64,000 bases of DNA from a bacterium (GCA_030699935.1 JAUYKS010000022.1:18970-82969); one strand, 5' to 3'; shown: positions 48,236-57,098, counted from the stretch's first letter. Program-made: numbers and translations. Notes: generated by a model from the letters alone, not told the origin.

Positions 48236-48874
48236 ATGCGATTCCGGGACCGAATCGACGCCGGAAAGCAGCTCAGCGCAAAGCTCACGCAGAAGCTGAA
48301 AAGTTACGCCGGGCAGCCGGTGGTGGTCTACGCGCTGCCGCGCGGCGGTGTGCCGGTGGCGGCGGAAGTGGCGCGGGCACTCAGCGCGCCGCTCGACTTG
48401 GTGATCCCGCGGAAGGTCGGCCACCCGCTGTCGCCGGAGTATGCGATCGCGGCGGTCACCGAAGCCGGCAAGGCAATCGAAAACGAGTCGGAAGTGGCGA
48501 TGATCGATCCGGTCTGGTACCGAAGGGCGGTTCGGAACGAACGCGCCGAGGCGAAGCGCCGGCGCGAGGCGTATCTCGGGAAACGGAAGCCGGTGTCGCC
48601 GCGAGGCAAGGTGGCGATTCTGGTCGATGACGGGATCGCGACCAGCCTGACGATGCGCGCCGCGGTCGCGGATTTGCAGACCCGCGGTCCGAACGCGATC
48701 GTAATCGCGGTGCCGGTCGCGCCGGCCGATGCGGTCGCCAATCTCGCCGCCGCGGTTCAGGACGTAGTGGTCTGCGAGCAGCCGATCCAATTCCTCGGTT
48801 CAATCGGCGCATACTATGACAAATTCGACCAGACTACGGACAAGGAAGTCGTTCGGTTGCTTACCCCAACTTGA
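48236..48874 (+). CDS. Phosphoribosyltransferase-family protein
   Basis: 212 aa. The PRPP-binding loop reads VAILVDDGIATSLTMRAA. The N-terminus FRDRIDAGKQL...VVYALPRGGVPVA is typical. Confidence 0.8.
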   Translation: MRFRDRIDAGKQLSAKLTQKLKSYAGQPVVVYALPRGGVPVAAEVARALSAPLDLVIPRKVGHPLSPEYAIAAVTEAGKAIENESEVAMIDPVWYRRAVRNERAEAKRRREAYLGKRKPVSPRGKVAILVDDGIATSLTMRAAVADLQTRGPNAIVIAVPVAPADAVANLAAAVQDVVVCEQPIQFLGSIGAYYDKFDQTTDKEVVRLLTPT

Positions 48875-50081
48875 CCGTCTCGCCTTCGAGCAATTCCTTG
48901 GCATCGTTGACGCCGTCCTTCTGTATTACCAGATCGACCTCGACCCCGTCGACTTGCGCCAATTCCGCGATCGCGTTCTGCAAACCGATTTGGCCGCTTT
49001 TGATCCGCTGCTGGGTCTCGCGAAGTTCCTCCTCGAGCTGCCAGCGCGCCCGCTCCAACGGTGACGGCTCCTCGATCAACGACATGAAGTTTTCGAGTGA
49101 TTTCTGCTCTGTCGGATCTTCTTCAAACACCGACCGGAACCCTTTGACCCGCACCCGGATTTCCTGCCTGGCCGCAGTCCGGTGTTGCTTCCGCAAGTAG
49201 CAAGTCGCCAACCGCAAGAGTTCGGTCCTGACTAACTCATCCGCGTTGTCCGGATCCACAACCTTGGCATACTTTTTGACGGGCGTGATCGCCCGGCCGA
49301 CTTCCTTGGCCACGCTGAACGGCAAAAGCTGATCATCCGTGAGTTCCCGAATTTCAACCGGCAGGTCAACGAAATTCAGAGCATCGCGTAACGCATCCAC
49401 GCCGATACAATGTTTGCTCGCGAATTCTTTCCGGGACATTCGCGGCACCGTGCCTTTCGCTTCCTCCTCTTTCTGCCAAAACCAGGCCTCGGCCATTAAT
49501 ATCGCGGTGTTTTGTGGCGCGGGCGCGGCGTGAAGATTCTCTTCGGTCTGGCGCGTAACAATTTCGTCGACCGTCGTGACTCCGTCAAGAATGCGCGCCC
49601 ACTCGTAGTAATTGCTCGGTTTACAACCGATGCTTTCGGCATCGGCCTGGCAAGCCTTAAGACGTGAATGTCCGGCAACCAGCAGCGCGAACATTTCGCC
49701 GGACTCGCCGGACTCGTCCACTGGTACGAACTCATCGATACGGGCCCCGCTTCGCCAGGCCCGGTTCGTGAAGTCGATGTAGTCTTGGATTTGCTCCCGC
49801 GTCAGGATCGTGACCAGCAAGGCGTTGTCCAAGCTGCGTCGGGAGATGGAAGCGTTGAGTTCCCGCTGGACCGGATTGGACCCGTTCCGATGTTGGGCGC
49901 AAATGTTGATTTTGTCGACCGGTAGCTGGACGACATGATAATCGTCCGGGCGGTAGATGAACTCCGGTGCTTCCTCGGCCGAATCGTCGGCACTTTCGTG
50001 TAAACCCTCACCGCCGTTGAAGTCGAAATCATAAAAATCACCGATTCCTTCCCCCTGATCGACTTGTCTGTCCTGTTTCAT
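48861..50081 (-). CDS. ParB/Srx-like nuclease-domain protein in a lower-GC segment
   Basis: 406 aa. After an acidic N-terminus, VVQLPVDKINICAQHRNGSNPVQRELNASISRRSLDNALLVTI fits the ParB N-terminal domain pattern. It lies adjacent to tRNA-Trp. Confidence 0.45.
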   Translation of the reverse strand: MKQDRQVDQGEGIGDFYDFDFNGGEGLHESADDSAEEAPEFIYRPDDYHVVQLPVDKINICAQHRNGSNPVQRELNASISRRSLDNALLVTILTREQIQDYIDFTNRAWRSGARIDEFVPVDESGESGEMFALLVAGHSRLKACQADAESIGCKPSNYYEWARILDGVTTVDEIVTRQTEENLHAAPAPQNTAILMAEAWFWQKEEEAKGTVPRMSRKEFASKHCIGVDALRDALNFVDLPVEIRELTDDQLLPFSVAKEVGRAITPVKKYAKVVDPDNADELVRTELLRLATCYLRKQHRTAARQEIRVRVKGFRSVFEEDPTEQKSLENFMSLIEEPSPLERARWQLEEELRETQQRIKSGQIGLQNAIAELAQVDGVEVDLVIQKDGVNDAKELLEGETVKLG

Positions 50082-50186
50082 CTGGTTGTTGGTATCCGCG
50101 GTTTACCTGTTCTGAATATAACAGGATGCGAACCCACCGGTTTTCCCGATGTGGATACGTGGGTTTTATCTTGTTGTCTGCCTTTG

Positions 50187-50260
50187 CAGGGGCGGAGGGA
50201 TTCGAACCCCCGACACCGGGTTTTGGAGACCCGTGCTCTGCCAGACTGAGCTACGCCCCT
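50187..50260 (-). tRNA. tRNA-Trp (anticodon CCA)
   Basis: Manual fold of AGGGGCG-TA-GCTC-AGTCTGGCA-GAGC-A-CGGGT-CTCCAAA-ACCCG-GTGTC-GGGGG-TTCGAAT-CCCTC-CGCCCCT-G. CCA is not encoded. Confidence 0.9.
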
Positions 50261-50374
50261 AGGAGTGAGGGAAATGCAAAGTTTACTTTAGCATTTCCGA
50301 GCGACGACGGAGCGTATGCAATACGCCCCTGGGTACTCAAATAATACAGGCTGCGCGGCCGGACTGCCGAGCAG

Positions 50375-50536
50375 CTACTTCGTCTCTTTGTGCAGCATGT
50401 GCTTCTTGCAGCGCTTGCAGAACTTCTTGATCTCCAAGCGCTCCTGCGTGTTCCGCCGGTTCTTGGTGGTGTGATAGTTGTGCTCCTTGCACTCCGTGCA
50501 TTCGAGCGTGATCACCGGTCTGATGTCCTTAGCCAT
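50375..50536 (-). CDS. rpmG: 50S ribosomal protein L33
   Basis: Not in the ORF track because it is shorter than 60 aa. The reverse translation reads [53 protein letters not shown], a 53-aa protein with a Cys4 zinc ribbon. Confidence 0.9.
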   Translation of the reverse strand: MAKDIRPVITLECTECKEHNYHTTKNRRNTQERLEIKKFCKRCKKHMLHKETK

Positions 50537-50596
50537 ACCGAATTACGATATCATGAATCCGCGTCATCCCGCGCCCTTAGGACGCCGGACGGCCAA

Positions 50597-50670
50597 GCCG
50601 CCTTAGCTCAGCTGGCCAGAGCAACTGTTTTGTAAACAGTAGGTCCTCGGTTCGAATCCGAGAGGCGGCT
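50597..50670 (+). tRNA. tRNA-Thr (anticodon TGT)
   Basis: Manual fold of GCCGCCT-TA-GCTC-AGCTGGCCA-GAGC-A-ACTGT-TTTGTAA-ACAGT-AGGTC-CTCGG-TTCGAAT-CCGAG-AGGCGGC-T. Confidence 0.9.
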
Positions 50671-50673
50671 CAT

Positions 50674-51201
50674 TCAGCCGTAGAATTGCTCCGGATCAAT
50701 ACCGGCTTCTCTCATCTTTTCGGCAGCTTCTTCAAGCAGGGGATTCAGTCGATCCCATACGTGGTACTCAACTGCCATCAACCCAAGCGGATGTCCCGTA
50801 GCTTCGTCCAGGAGATCGGCGGCTGCGCCGCTTCGATCTACCTTGAGTAAACGAACGTACTCACGGTTCAGTGGCCCTACTTGATCCTTCTCAGCCAGAG
50901 CCTCTTTAATCTGTCCAACGAACTCTTCATTATCATCCAAGAACTTCACCCACACATCGCCAAGATCTTCAGCCTTCCCTAAGTAAACTTCGTAGAATTC
51001 GTTCCTTTCGCCGCCCACTTCTAGATGCCGCAGTTGCGAAAACAACAAATAGAAGTTGTTTCCGAACTGGATGGTACGCTCCCGGGTTTCCACTCGCGGA
51101 TCATCCATTGGAACTTTAGGAGCGTTCGCCGCTAACTCCCGCATTTCCGCGGAGGGTTCCAGCGGCTCGGCTCCGTCATGACCAGATTCAGGCGCATGCA
51201 T
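50674..51201 (-). CDS. Hypothetical protein in a lower-GC segment within the tRNA cluster
   Basis: 175 aa. No recognisable family. GC is lower than the flanking tRNAs and genes. Confidence 0.5.
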   Translation of the reverse strand: MHAPESGHDGAEPLEPSAEMRELAANAPKVPMDDPRVETRERTIQFGNNFYLLFSQLRHLEVGGERNEFYEVYLGKAEDLGDVWVKFLDDNEEFVGQIKEALAEKDQVGPLNREYVRLLKVDRSGAAADLLDEATGHPLGLMAVEYHVWDRLNPLLEEAAEKMREAGIDPEQFYG

Positions 51202-51243
51202 AGCTAGTAACTTTACCGTAATAAAGCCATTTTTTCAAGATTG

Positions 51244-51326
51244 TGCTGGGAGAGGGATTCGAACCCCCGAAGACATAAGTCGCCTGGTTTACAGCCAGGT
51301 GCGTTTGGCCGCTTCGCTATCCCAGC
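51244..51326 (-). tRNA. tRNA-Tyr (anticodon GTA), long variable arm
   Basis: Manual fold of GCTGGGA-TA-GCGAAGCGGCCAAACGC-A-CCTGG-CTGTAAA-CCAGG-CGACTTATGTCTTC-GGGGG-TTCGAAT-CCCTC-TCCCAGC-A. Confidence 0.9.
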
Positions 51327-51346
51327 GTGTTGTTAATACTACCCTG

Positions 51347-51420
51347 AGCCGAGAGGCGGATTCGAACCGCCGGCCTCCCGCTTACCATGCGGACGCTCTA
51401 ACCAACTGAGCTACCTCGGC
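51347..51420 (-). tRNA. tRNA-Thr (anticodon GGT)
   Basis: Manual fold of GCCGAGG-TA-GCTC-AGTTGGTTA-GAGC-G-TCCGC-ATGGTAA-GCGGG-AGGCC-GGCGG-TTCGAAT-CCGCC-TCTCGGC-T. Confidence 0.9.
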
Positions 51421-51992
51421 AATTGCTTCAGAATCCATTGTTGCAGATTACGGTTGAAATAGTACACACTCAGAACTCCGTATAAGCACCTTCTTTTGTA
51501 AGTGCCGGTGGATTGGGATGGCGAAACACGCGGGGGATAGAACTGCTCAGGCTTCATTCCTAGTTCATTAACCCAATATGAAAGCGCTACGTCTGGATCA
51601 AGGTCATTGAAAATCTGGATATTGAAGCATAAGTCGTCCGGGTTAACACCACAGATCCTAGTGAGAAACTTGAGAAATACCCGAATCAAGTAGGGGTCAG
51701 TATTTCCTAAGCGAACTTGGTTTTTGCTAGCCTTGTTTCCTTCACCCCAATACAGCCCGACCCCTAAACCATACAATCGCCACTCTTCCTTGGTCCGTGG
51801 CATCTTGACAGTAAATGGGTCTCCGTTCGGGTTATTTTTAAGATAAATCGCGTCGCTGATGGAACGCCGCTTGATGCCATACTTGTCCATCCAGTAGACG
51901 ACCTTATGTTCCGAGCATCCCAAAGCCAGCGATATATCGCGCATCGACGCCCCTCCTCTGTAGCGCTCCCGAAGGTCCTTTTCGGGAAGCAT
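51411..51992 (-). CDS. HTH + LAGLIDADG-like (homing-endonuclease-like) protein. It lies in a lower-GC segment, and its 3' end overlaps tRNA-Thr(GGT) by 10 nt.
   Basis: 193 aa. The N-terminal HTH reads RGGASMRDISLALGCSEHKVVYWMDKYGI. LYGLGVGLYWGEGNK...VRLGNTDPYLIRVFLKFL fits the LAGLIDADG helix pattern with Glu substituted for Asp. GC is about 50% versus about 65% for neighbours. Confidence 0.4.
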   Translation of the reverse strand: MLPEKDLRERYRGGASMRDISLALGCSEHKVVYWMDKYGIKRRSISDAIYLKNNPNGDPFTVKMPRTKEEWRLYGLGVGLYWGEGNKASKNQVRLGNTDPYLIRVFLKFLTRICGVNPDDLCFNIQIFNDLDPDVALSYWVNELGMKPEQFYPPRVSPSQSTGTYKRRCLYGVLSVYYFNRNLQQWILKQLPR

Positions 51993-52036
51993 ACAAGCAT
52001 TATATCACAAGCAGGCTAGTTTTGCGTGCGAGTGTT

Positions 52037-52339
52037 TTACTCGATCCCAAACCGCGCGCTCAACGCCCGGTACTCCTCGCCGTATCTGCCGGCCAGCGCG
52101 TTACAAAGATCCATCCGGCAACGCACGACTTCCCGCAAGGTTTCGTCCTCCGGTATGGATTCCGGATCAAGGCCCGCTGTTCTCTGATCGATATATTTTT
52201 CAAGAATGCGCCGCTGCATCTCCAGCTCTTCTCGCGATTCCGGCAAATGCCCTTCCTGAGCCATCACGAATTCCGCGGCCCGCTCTAACTTCTGGGGATC
52301 CAAATCCCCAAGCACGGACTCGAAGTATCGCTCCGACAT
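52037..52339 (-). CDS. Hypothetical protein
   Basis: 100 aa, helical. It is coupled to the upstream TPR gene; the stop/start junction is at 52339. Confidence 0.45.
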   Translation of the reverse strand: MSERYFESVLGDLDPQKLERAAEFVMAQEGHLPESREELEMQRRILEKYIDQRTAGLDPESIPEDETLREVVRCRMDLCNALAGRYGEEYRALSARFGIE

Positions 52340-53226
52340 TACTTCTTCAGGACTTTGTTGAGCTGGGTCCGGCCCTTTTTGTCGGACAGCAGCCGTTCGA
52401 CCTCGGTCAGCCGGTTGAGGACGAAGAAGTTCCGCGGGTCGAGCTTCTTGGCGGCCTCGAACGCCTCCTTGGCGTCGTCGAGCTGGCCGAGCTGCTGGTA
52501 GACCTGGCCGATCCGCGTCATGTACTTGATGTTCTTCGGCTGCTGGACGAGGATCTTCAGGCAGGCTTCCTCGCAGCGCTCGTATTCGCGGTCCCGCCAG
52601 GCCTGGTCGGCCTCGGAGGAAAGTTGCTCGAACGTGCCGGACTGGTGCCGGGTGGCGTCGACGTAAGCCGGCTGGCTCGGCCGGGCCGGGACGCTGGTGA
52701 CCCGTTCGCCGGGCGCGCGGACCGCGGCCGGTTGGGCCGACCGGGCCGGCGTTTCGTCCGGCTGGGACGGCGCGGCTTCGGCTCCGATTTCGGCTCCGGT
52801 GTCGGAATCGACGTCGGTATCGGTGCCGGCAGCGTCGCCTTGCGCCGCGTCGCCCGCGAAGATCGGACTGTCGTCTTCTTCGTCCCCTCCGCCGGTGTCC
52901 GCCACCGTCGGCTCGTCGGAAATCGGTTTCTTCTTGAACAGGCCGCCGGCCATCTCGGTCACGCGGCCCACGGTCCGGTCGGCCACCCGGCCGGCGTTGC
53001 GCGCGTGTTCTTTGACGCTTTCGGCCGTACTGCTCGCGGGACTGGTCGCCGCGTCAGCCGCATCGGATTTCGCAGTTCCGGACTGGGCCGGGGTCGGTTC
53101 CGCCGTCTCGGACTTCGGGACGTCGACCTTGTCCACGCCGAACAGCCGCGCCTCGACATCAGGCCAGCGCCGGGCGGCATACACGATGCCGGCGACGAAG
53201 GCGATGAGGATTAGGGCGGTAAGCAT
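52339..53226 (-). CDS. Membrane-anchored TPR-repeat protein
   Basis: 295 aa. The N-terminal TM reads LTALILIAFVAGIVYAA. A low-complexity acidic linker follows. The C-terminal TPR repeats read YERCEEACLKILVQQPKNIKYMTRIGQVYQQLGQLDDAKEAFEAAKKLDP. Confidence 0.65.
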   Translation of the reverse strand: MLTALILIAFVAGIVYAARRWPDVEARLFGVDKVDVPKSETAEPTPAQSGTAKSDAADAATSPASSTAESVKEHARNAGRVADRTVGRVTEMAGGLFKKKPISDEPTVADTGGGDEEDDSPIFAGDAAQGDAAGTDTDVDSDTGAEIGAEAAPSQPDETPARSAQPAAVRAPGERVTSVPARPSQPAYVDATRHQSGTFEQLSSEADQAWRDREYERCEEACLKILVQQPKNIKYMTRIGQVYQQLGQLDDAKEAFEAAKKLDPRNFFVLNRLTEVERLLSDKKGRTQLNKVLKK

Positions 53227-54201
53227 CTAAGTGCCGAGGTTGAGGAATAATTGCTCCAGAAGAAGCTGAGTGTTGGGATTGTAGCGCAGCTTCCTGCGGG
53301 CAGCAAATAAACGTACCAGACTATCTATGCGTTTGGCTAGTGGTACGGCCTCGGCCAGGCGTTCCGCGGTATGCCCCTGTCCCGCTCCGCCTCGGGCTCC
53401 GCCCGGGGTCCCGCCTCGGAGCGAGTCACGATAGAGGCCGATCCAAGTGTCCAAGCGTTCCGGCAGCGCGTCCGGCTCGTCCGCCAAACGTTTGGCCAGC
53501 GCCAGACGCTGCGGCACCGGCTCCCTGACGATATCCAGCAACGCCGATTCGGTTTCCCGGATCGCGGCGTCCGCCGCCGGATCGTCCGCCAGCCGGATCG
53601 CCGTGCCGGGCCGTTGCCCGGCCCGTGCCCCGATCCCCTCGGCATCCTCGACCCCCCGCTGCGCCAGCGCCTTGGTCAGCTCACCGGCCGGGACCGGTCC
53701 CAGCGGCACTCGTTGGCAGCGCGAGACCGTCGTCGGCAGGAGGCTCGCCGGAGATTGCGCCGTCAGGATCAGGATCGCGCGGCGCGGCGGCTCCTCGAGC
53801 AGCTTGAGCAGCGCATTCTGGGCGGGTATGCCGAGCCGGTGGGCGTCCGGGATCAGGCCGACCTGGTGACGCGCGGAATGCGGAGCCAACGTGAGCGCTC
53901 GGGACAAATCCCGGACTTGGGCGATCGTCAGGTTTCCTTCGTCGGGCAGCCGATGGTAGTCCGGATGGTTCCCCGCTTCCCTCAAAAGGCAGGAGGTGCA
54001 GGTTCCGCACGGACCGTCCGGTTTCTCGCAGAGCAGCGCCGCCGCGAACCGTTCGGACAGCGTGTGCTTGCCGATGCCGGACGGACCGGTCAGGAGATAT
54101 GCATGACCGCCGCCGCCTTGCCCGGCCGCTCGTTTGGACAACCGCGCCGCCGCCGCCGCGTTCCCGATGAACCCGTTCCCGATCAATTCCTTAGCTTCCA
54201 T
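53227..54201 (-). CDS. holB: DNA polymerase III delta-prime subunit
   Basis: 324 aa. The AAA+ region has HAYLLTGPSGIGKHTL and a zinc-module CxxC, plus ILILTAQS and SRCQ. Confidence 0.85.
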   Translation of the reverse strand: MEAKELIGNGFIGNAAAAARLSKRAAGQGGGGHAYLLTGPSGIGKHTLSERFAAALLCEKPDGPCGTCTSCLLREAGNHPDYHRLPDEGNLTIAQVRDLSRALTLAPHSARHQVGLIPDAHRLGIPAQNALLKLLEEPPRRAILILTAQSPASLLPTTVSRCQRVPLGPVPAGELTKALAQRGVEDAEGIGARAGQRPGTAIRLADDPAADAAIRETESALLDIVREPVPQRLALAKRLADEPDALPERLDTWIGLYRDSLRGGTPGGARGGAGQGHTAERLAEAVPLAKRIDSLVRLFAARRKLRYNPNTQLLLEQLFLNLGT

Positions 54202-54279
54202 TCCGTTACATTGTAGACCAAGCGGCAGACCAGGCGTTCCCGGCCACGGAGTTTTTACCCTTGGTTATCGATAAAACCA

Positions 54280-54630
54280 TTGATTCCGCGGGCGATCCGT
54301 GCTAAAATCCGGTCGATGATTGAAGTGAAGGACCACCAGCTCGAATGCACCAAATGCGGCAACGCGTTCGTCTTCGCGGCGAAGGAGGCGGCGCGTTTCA
54401 ACGAGAAAGGGCTGACCAACATCCCGAAGAAGTGCCCGGATTGCCGCGCCAAAGAACGCGCCAAGCAGGAACAGAAGCTGCGCGTCGCGGTGAATTGCGC
54501 CGAGTGCGGCGTCGCCTTCGAGATCCCCTTCGAGCCCGCCCGCAACGCCGACGGTACGCTGGCCCGCCCGGTGTACTGTGTCGAGCACTTCGAGCGGCCC
54601 GATTCTCCCGCTACTCCCGCTACTTCTTGA
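54280..54630 (+). CDS. Zinc-ribbon domain protein
   Basis: The Cys pairs are CTKCGN...CPDCR...CAECG...CVEH. The likely start is the internal MIEVKD (ATG at 54316). Confidence 0.55.
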   Translation: MIPRAIRAKIRSMIEVKDHQLECTKCGNAFVFAAKEAARFNEKGLTNIPKKCPDCRAKERAKQEQKLRVAVNCAECGVAFEIPFEPARNADGTLARPVYCVEHFERPDSPATPATS

Positions 54631-55150
54631 ACGCCGTCAGGATCCGCTCCGCGACTTCCTTGGCGGGCACTTTCGTGGTGTCGATGACCAGGTCCTGGGT
54701 GCCGAGATCCGACAAGGATATTGAGTAGAGCGCCTTGTAGCGTTCGCTTTCGAGCCGTTCGCGCGTCTTGATGTCCTCGGTCGTGCCCGGTTCCCGCTCG
54801 CGGATGCGGCGCAGACGTTCGTCTTCGGCGCAGGTCAGCCAGACTTTGAAGCCCGGGGTGCCGGGCGGCAGGATCCAGGCCAGGACCCGGCTTTCGACGA
54901 TGACGTTTCCCTGCCGGGCCCGCTCGACCAGGCCGTCGTCGACCTTCCGCTCCAGTTCCGGATGCCGTTTGAGCGTCTCGTTGTACTGCTCGATCGTCTC
55001 GCCGGACGCGGCCGCATGTTCGCGGAAAATGCCGCCGGCGTAGACATGTTCAAGCCCGAGCTGTTCCGCGACCAGCCGGCTGGCAGTCGTGGATCCGGTT
55101 CCGGAGAGACCGCCGATGATCAGGACCGGTCCCGTCGGACGGTCAGGCAC
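54620..55150 (-). CDS. cmk: Cytidylate kinase (short/archaeal-like form)
   Basis: 176 aa. The P-loop reads IGGLSGTGSTTASRL. The sequence includes NVIVESRVLAWIL. Confidence 0.8.
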   Translation of the reverse strand: MPDRPTGPVLIIGGLSGTGSTTASRLVAEQLGLEHVYAGGIFREHAAASGETIEQYNETLKRHPELERKVDDGLVERARQGNVIVESRVLAWILPPGTPGFKVWLTCAEDERLRRIREREPGTTEDIKTRERLESERYKALYSISLSDLGTQDLVIDTTKVPAKEVAERILTAFKK

Positions 55151-55826
55151 CGCGGGCCTCCCCGGATCGGATCTTTTCGAGGAACCGTCGCAGGTCGTCC
55201 GGCAGCAGCGACTCCACCGTGACGGACTTGCCCGTCCGCGGATGTACGAACTTCAGTTTCGCGGCGTGCAGGAACTGCCGGCCGGGACTGCGCTCCGTGG
55301 ATCCATACGTCGCATCCCCGACGATCGGATTGCCGAGCGCGGACAGGTGGACGCGGATCTGGTGCGTCCGGCCGGTCTTCGGCCGGACCTCGAGCAGGGC
55401 GTATCCCGGCAGCGACTCGATTACTTTGTACCGGGTCACCGACGCCTTGCCGTCCGGCCGGACCGCGAACTTCTTGCGGTCGGCGTGGTGCCGCGCGATC
55501 GGCGCGTCCAACTCGGCCTCGGGTTCCGTCGGATTGCCGCGGACCAATGCCAGGTAGGTCTTCGTCACGGTCCGGTCCTTGAATTGCTTCGACAGCACGG
55601 CGGCGGCTTCCGCGGTCTTCGCGGCCAGCAGGACGCCGGACGTATCCTTGTCTAACCGGTGCACCAGACCGTGGCGTTCCAGCTTGCCGGTCTCGGGAAC
55701 GTTCGCTGCCAACCAGTCCAGCAAGGTGCCGTCGCTGCGGCCGGCGCCGGGGTGTACGGCCAAGCCGGCCGGCTTGTCGACGGCCACGAAATCGGAATCG
55801 TCCAGCAACACGGCCGGTTCAGTCAT
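55143..55826 (-). CDS. RluA-family pseudouridine synthase
   Basis: 227 aa. The catalytic Asp is in HRLDKDTSGVLL. No S4 domain is present. Confidence 0.9.
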   Translation of the reverse strand: MTEPAVLLDDSDFVAVDKPAGLAVHPGAGRSDGTLLDWLAANVPETGKLERHGLVHRLDKDTSGVLLAAKTAEAAAVLSKQFKDRTVTKTYLALVRGNPTEPEAELDAPIARHHADRKKFAVRPDGKASVTRYKVIESLPGYALLEVRPKTGRTHQIRVHLSALGNPIVGDATYGSTERSPGRQFLHAAKLKFVHPRTGKSVTVESLLPDDLRRFLEKIRSGEARGA

Positions 55827-56292
55827 CCTGTCCCCGCCGCCAGAGGATCGTGACCAGGATTCCCGCCCCGGTGATGATCGCCAGGTCGGCCACGTTGAAG
55901 TGGGCCGTCGGGCCGATTGCCACGATATCGAGTACGCCGTCGTACTGGATGCGGTCGAGCGTGTTGGACGCGGCGCCGGCCAGCAGCAGCCAGAACCCGG
56001 CCCGGACCTCGGGACGGAAGCTCCGCGTCAGCCAGTAGCCCAGGCACGCGGAGATCGTGACGCCGGCGATCAACAGGATGCCGTTGTCGATCGGCAGGCC
56101 CAGCACGCCCTCGCGGTTGTAGACGGCGCCGATCCGGAGCGGTCCCGCGGTCAGGATCGTGCCGCCGTTCACGACGAGCCACTTCGTCAGCTGGTCGACC
56201 AGGACGATGCCAAGGGCGACCACGCCGAATCCGCGCGGCGGGTTCAAACGCGGCGGACTGAAGCGGAACGTACTGAAACGCGACAGGTTCAC
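55819..56292 (-). CDS. lspA: Lipoprotein signal peptidase II
   Basis: The sequence reads LTKWLVVN...YNREGVLGLPIDNG...ASNTLDRIQYDGVLDIVA...FNVADLAI. The start is approximated at the GTG (VNLSRF) just after the lgt stop. The listed ORF (to 56415) overlaps lgt. Confidence 0.85.
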   Translation of the reverse strand: MNLSRFSTFRFSPPRLNPPRGFGVVALGIVLVDQLTKWLVVNGGTILTAGPLRIGAVYNREGVLGLPIDNGILLIAGVTISACLGYWLTRSFRPEVRAGFWLLLAGAASNTLDRIQYDGVLDIVAIGPTAHFNVADLAIITGAGILVTILWRRGQDD

Positions 56293-57098
56293 TTCGCCAG
56301 CCCCACCCGGTATCGGCGGACCAGTACGTACAAGCTGATTCCCATCAATATCAGGCCGGTGGCCACGGCGGCCCGGATCCCTCCCACGAAGAGCGCTTCC
56401 TCGGACTGATGCCACGCCTCCAGGGTTACCTGCACGATCCCGAGCAGGAAGACGGTCACCCAGAAGACCAATCCCGGCTTGGCTTTACCGGCGGCGCCGA
56501 GTTTCCAAAGCCGGTAACCGTAGACGGCGATCGCGGCGTAGAGCACGGCGGCGTAGAGTGCCAGCGGATGGACGCGCACGCCCTCCACCAACGACGCCAA
56601 CTGATCCGCGTAACCGATCGACCAAGGCAATGACGTCTGCGTGCCGAGGAAGTCGCCGTTGAGAAGGCTGCCGATCCGGCCGGCCGCCAGTCCGGCCAAC
56701 GCGGCGATCGCGGCGATGTCCAGCCAACGCCAAGTGGAGCCGGTCCGATCGCCCGTGCCCTGGACGCCCCGTTGCCAGCGGATCACCGCCAGCAGTCCGG
56801 CCAATCCCCCGGCGACCCCGCCGGCCAACGCCAGCCGCCCGCCGCCGATCGCGAACCAGTTCCAGAACGAACCGGCGTCTTCCGGCCGGAGCGCCAGGTA
56901 CCACAGCCGCGCCCCGAGCAATCCGCCGAAGGCGGTCGCCAGCAAGTAGTCACTGATCCGCCGGCTCGGCAATCCGGCCTGCTTGGCCAGAAGGTACGCT
57001 ACCGCCGCCGCGACCCCGAATCCGAACACCACGAAGACACCGTAACTGTAGACGGTCAGGGGTCCGAGCTCGAAGAGGATCGGCTGCATGCCCTTCAT
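56289..57098 (-). CDS. lgt: Prolipoprotein diacylglyceryl transferase
   Basis: 269 aa, polytopic. The sequence reads ILFELGPLTVYSYGVFVVFGF...GGLLGARLWY and carries the Lgt signature in the GG...G region. Confidence 0.9.
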   Translation of the reverse strand: MKGMQPILFELGPLTVYSYGVFVVFGFGVAAAVAYLLAKQAGLPSRRISDYLLATAFGGLLGARLWYLALRPEDAGSFWNWFAIGGGRLALAGGVAGGLAGLLAVIRWQRGVQGTGDRTGSTWRWLDIAAIAALAGLAAGRIGSLLNGDFLGTQTSLPWSIGYADQLASLVEGVRVHPLALYAAVLYAAIAVYGYRLWKLGAAGKAKPGLVFWVTVFLLGIVQVTLEAWHQSEEALFVGGIRAAVATGLILMGISLYVLVRRYRVGLAK

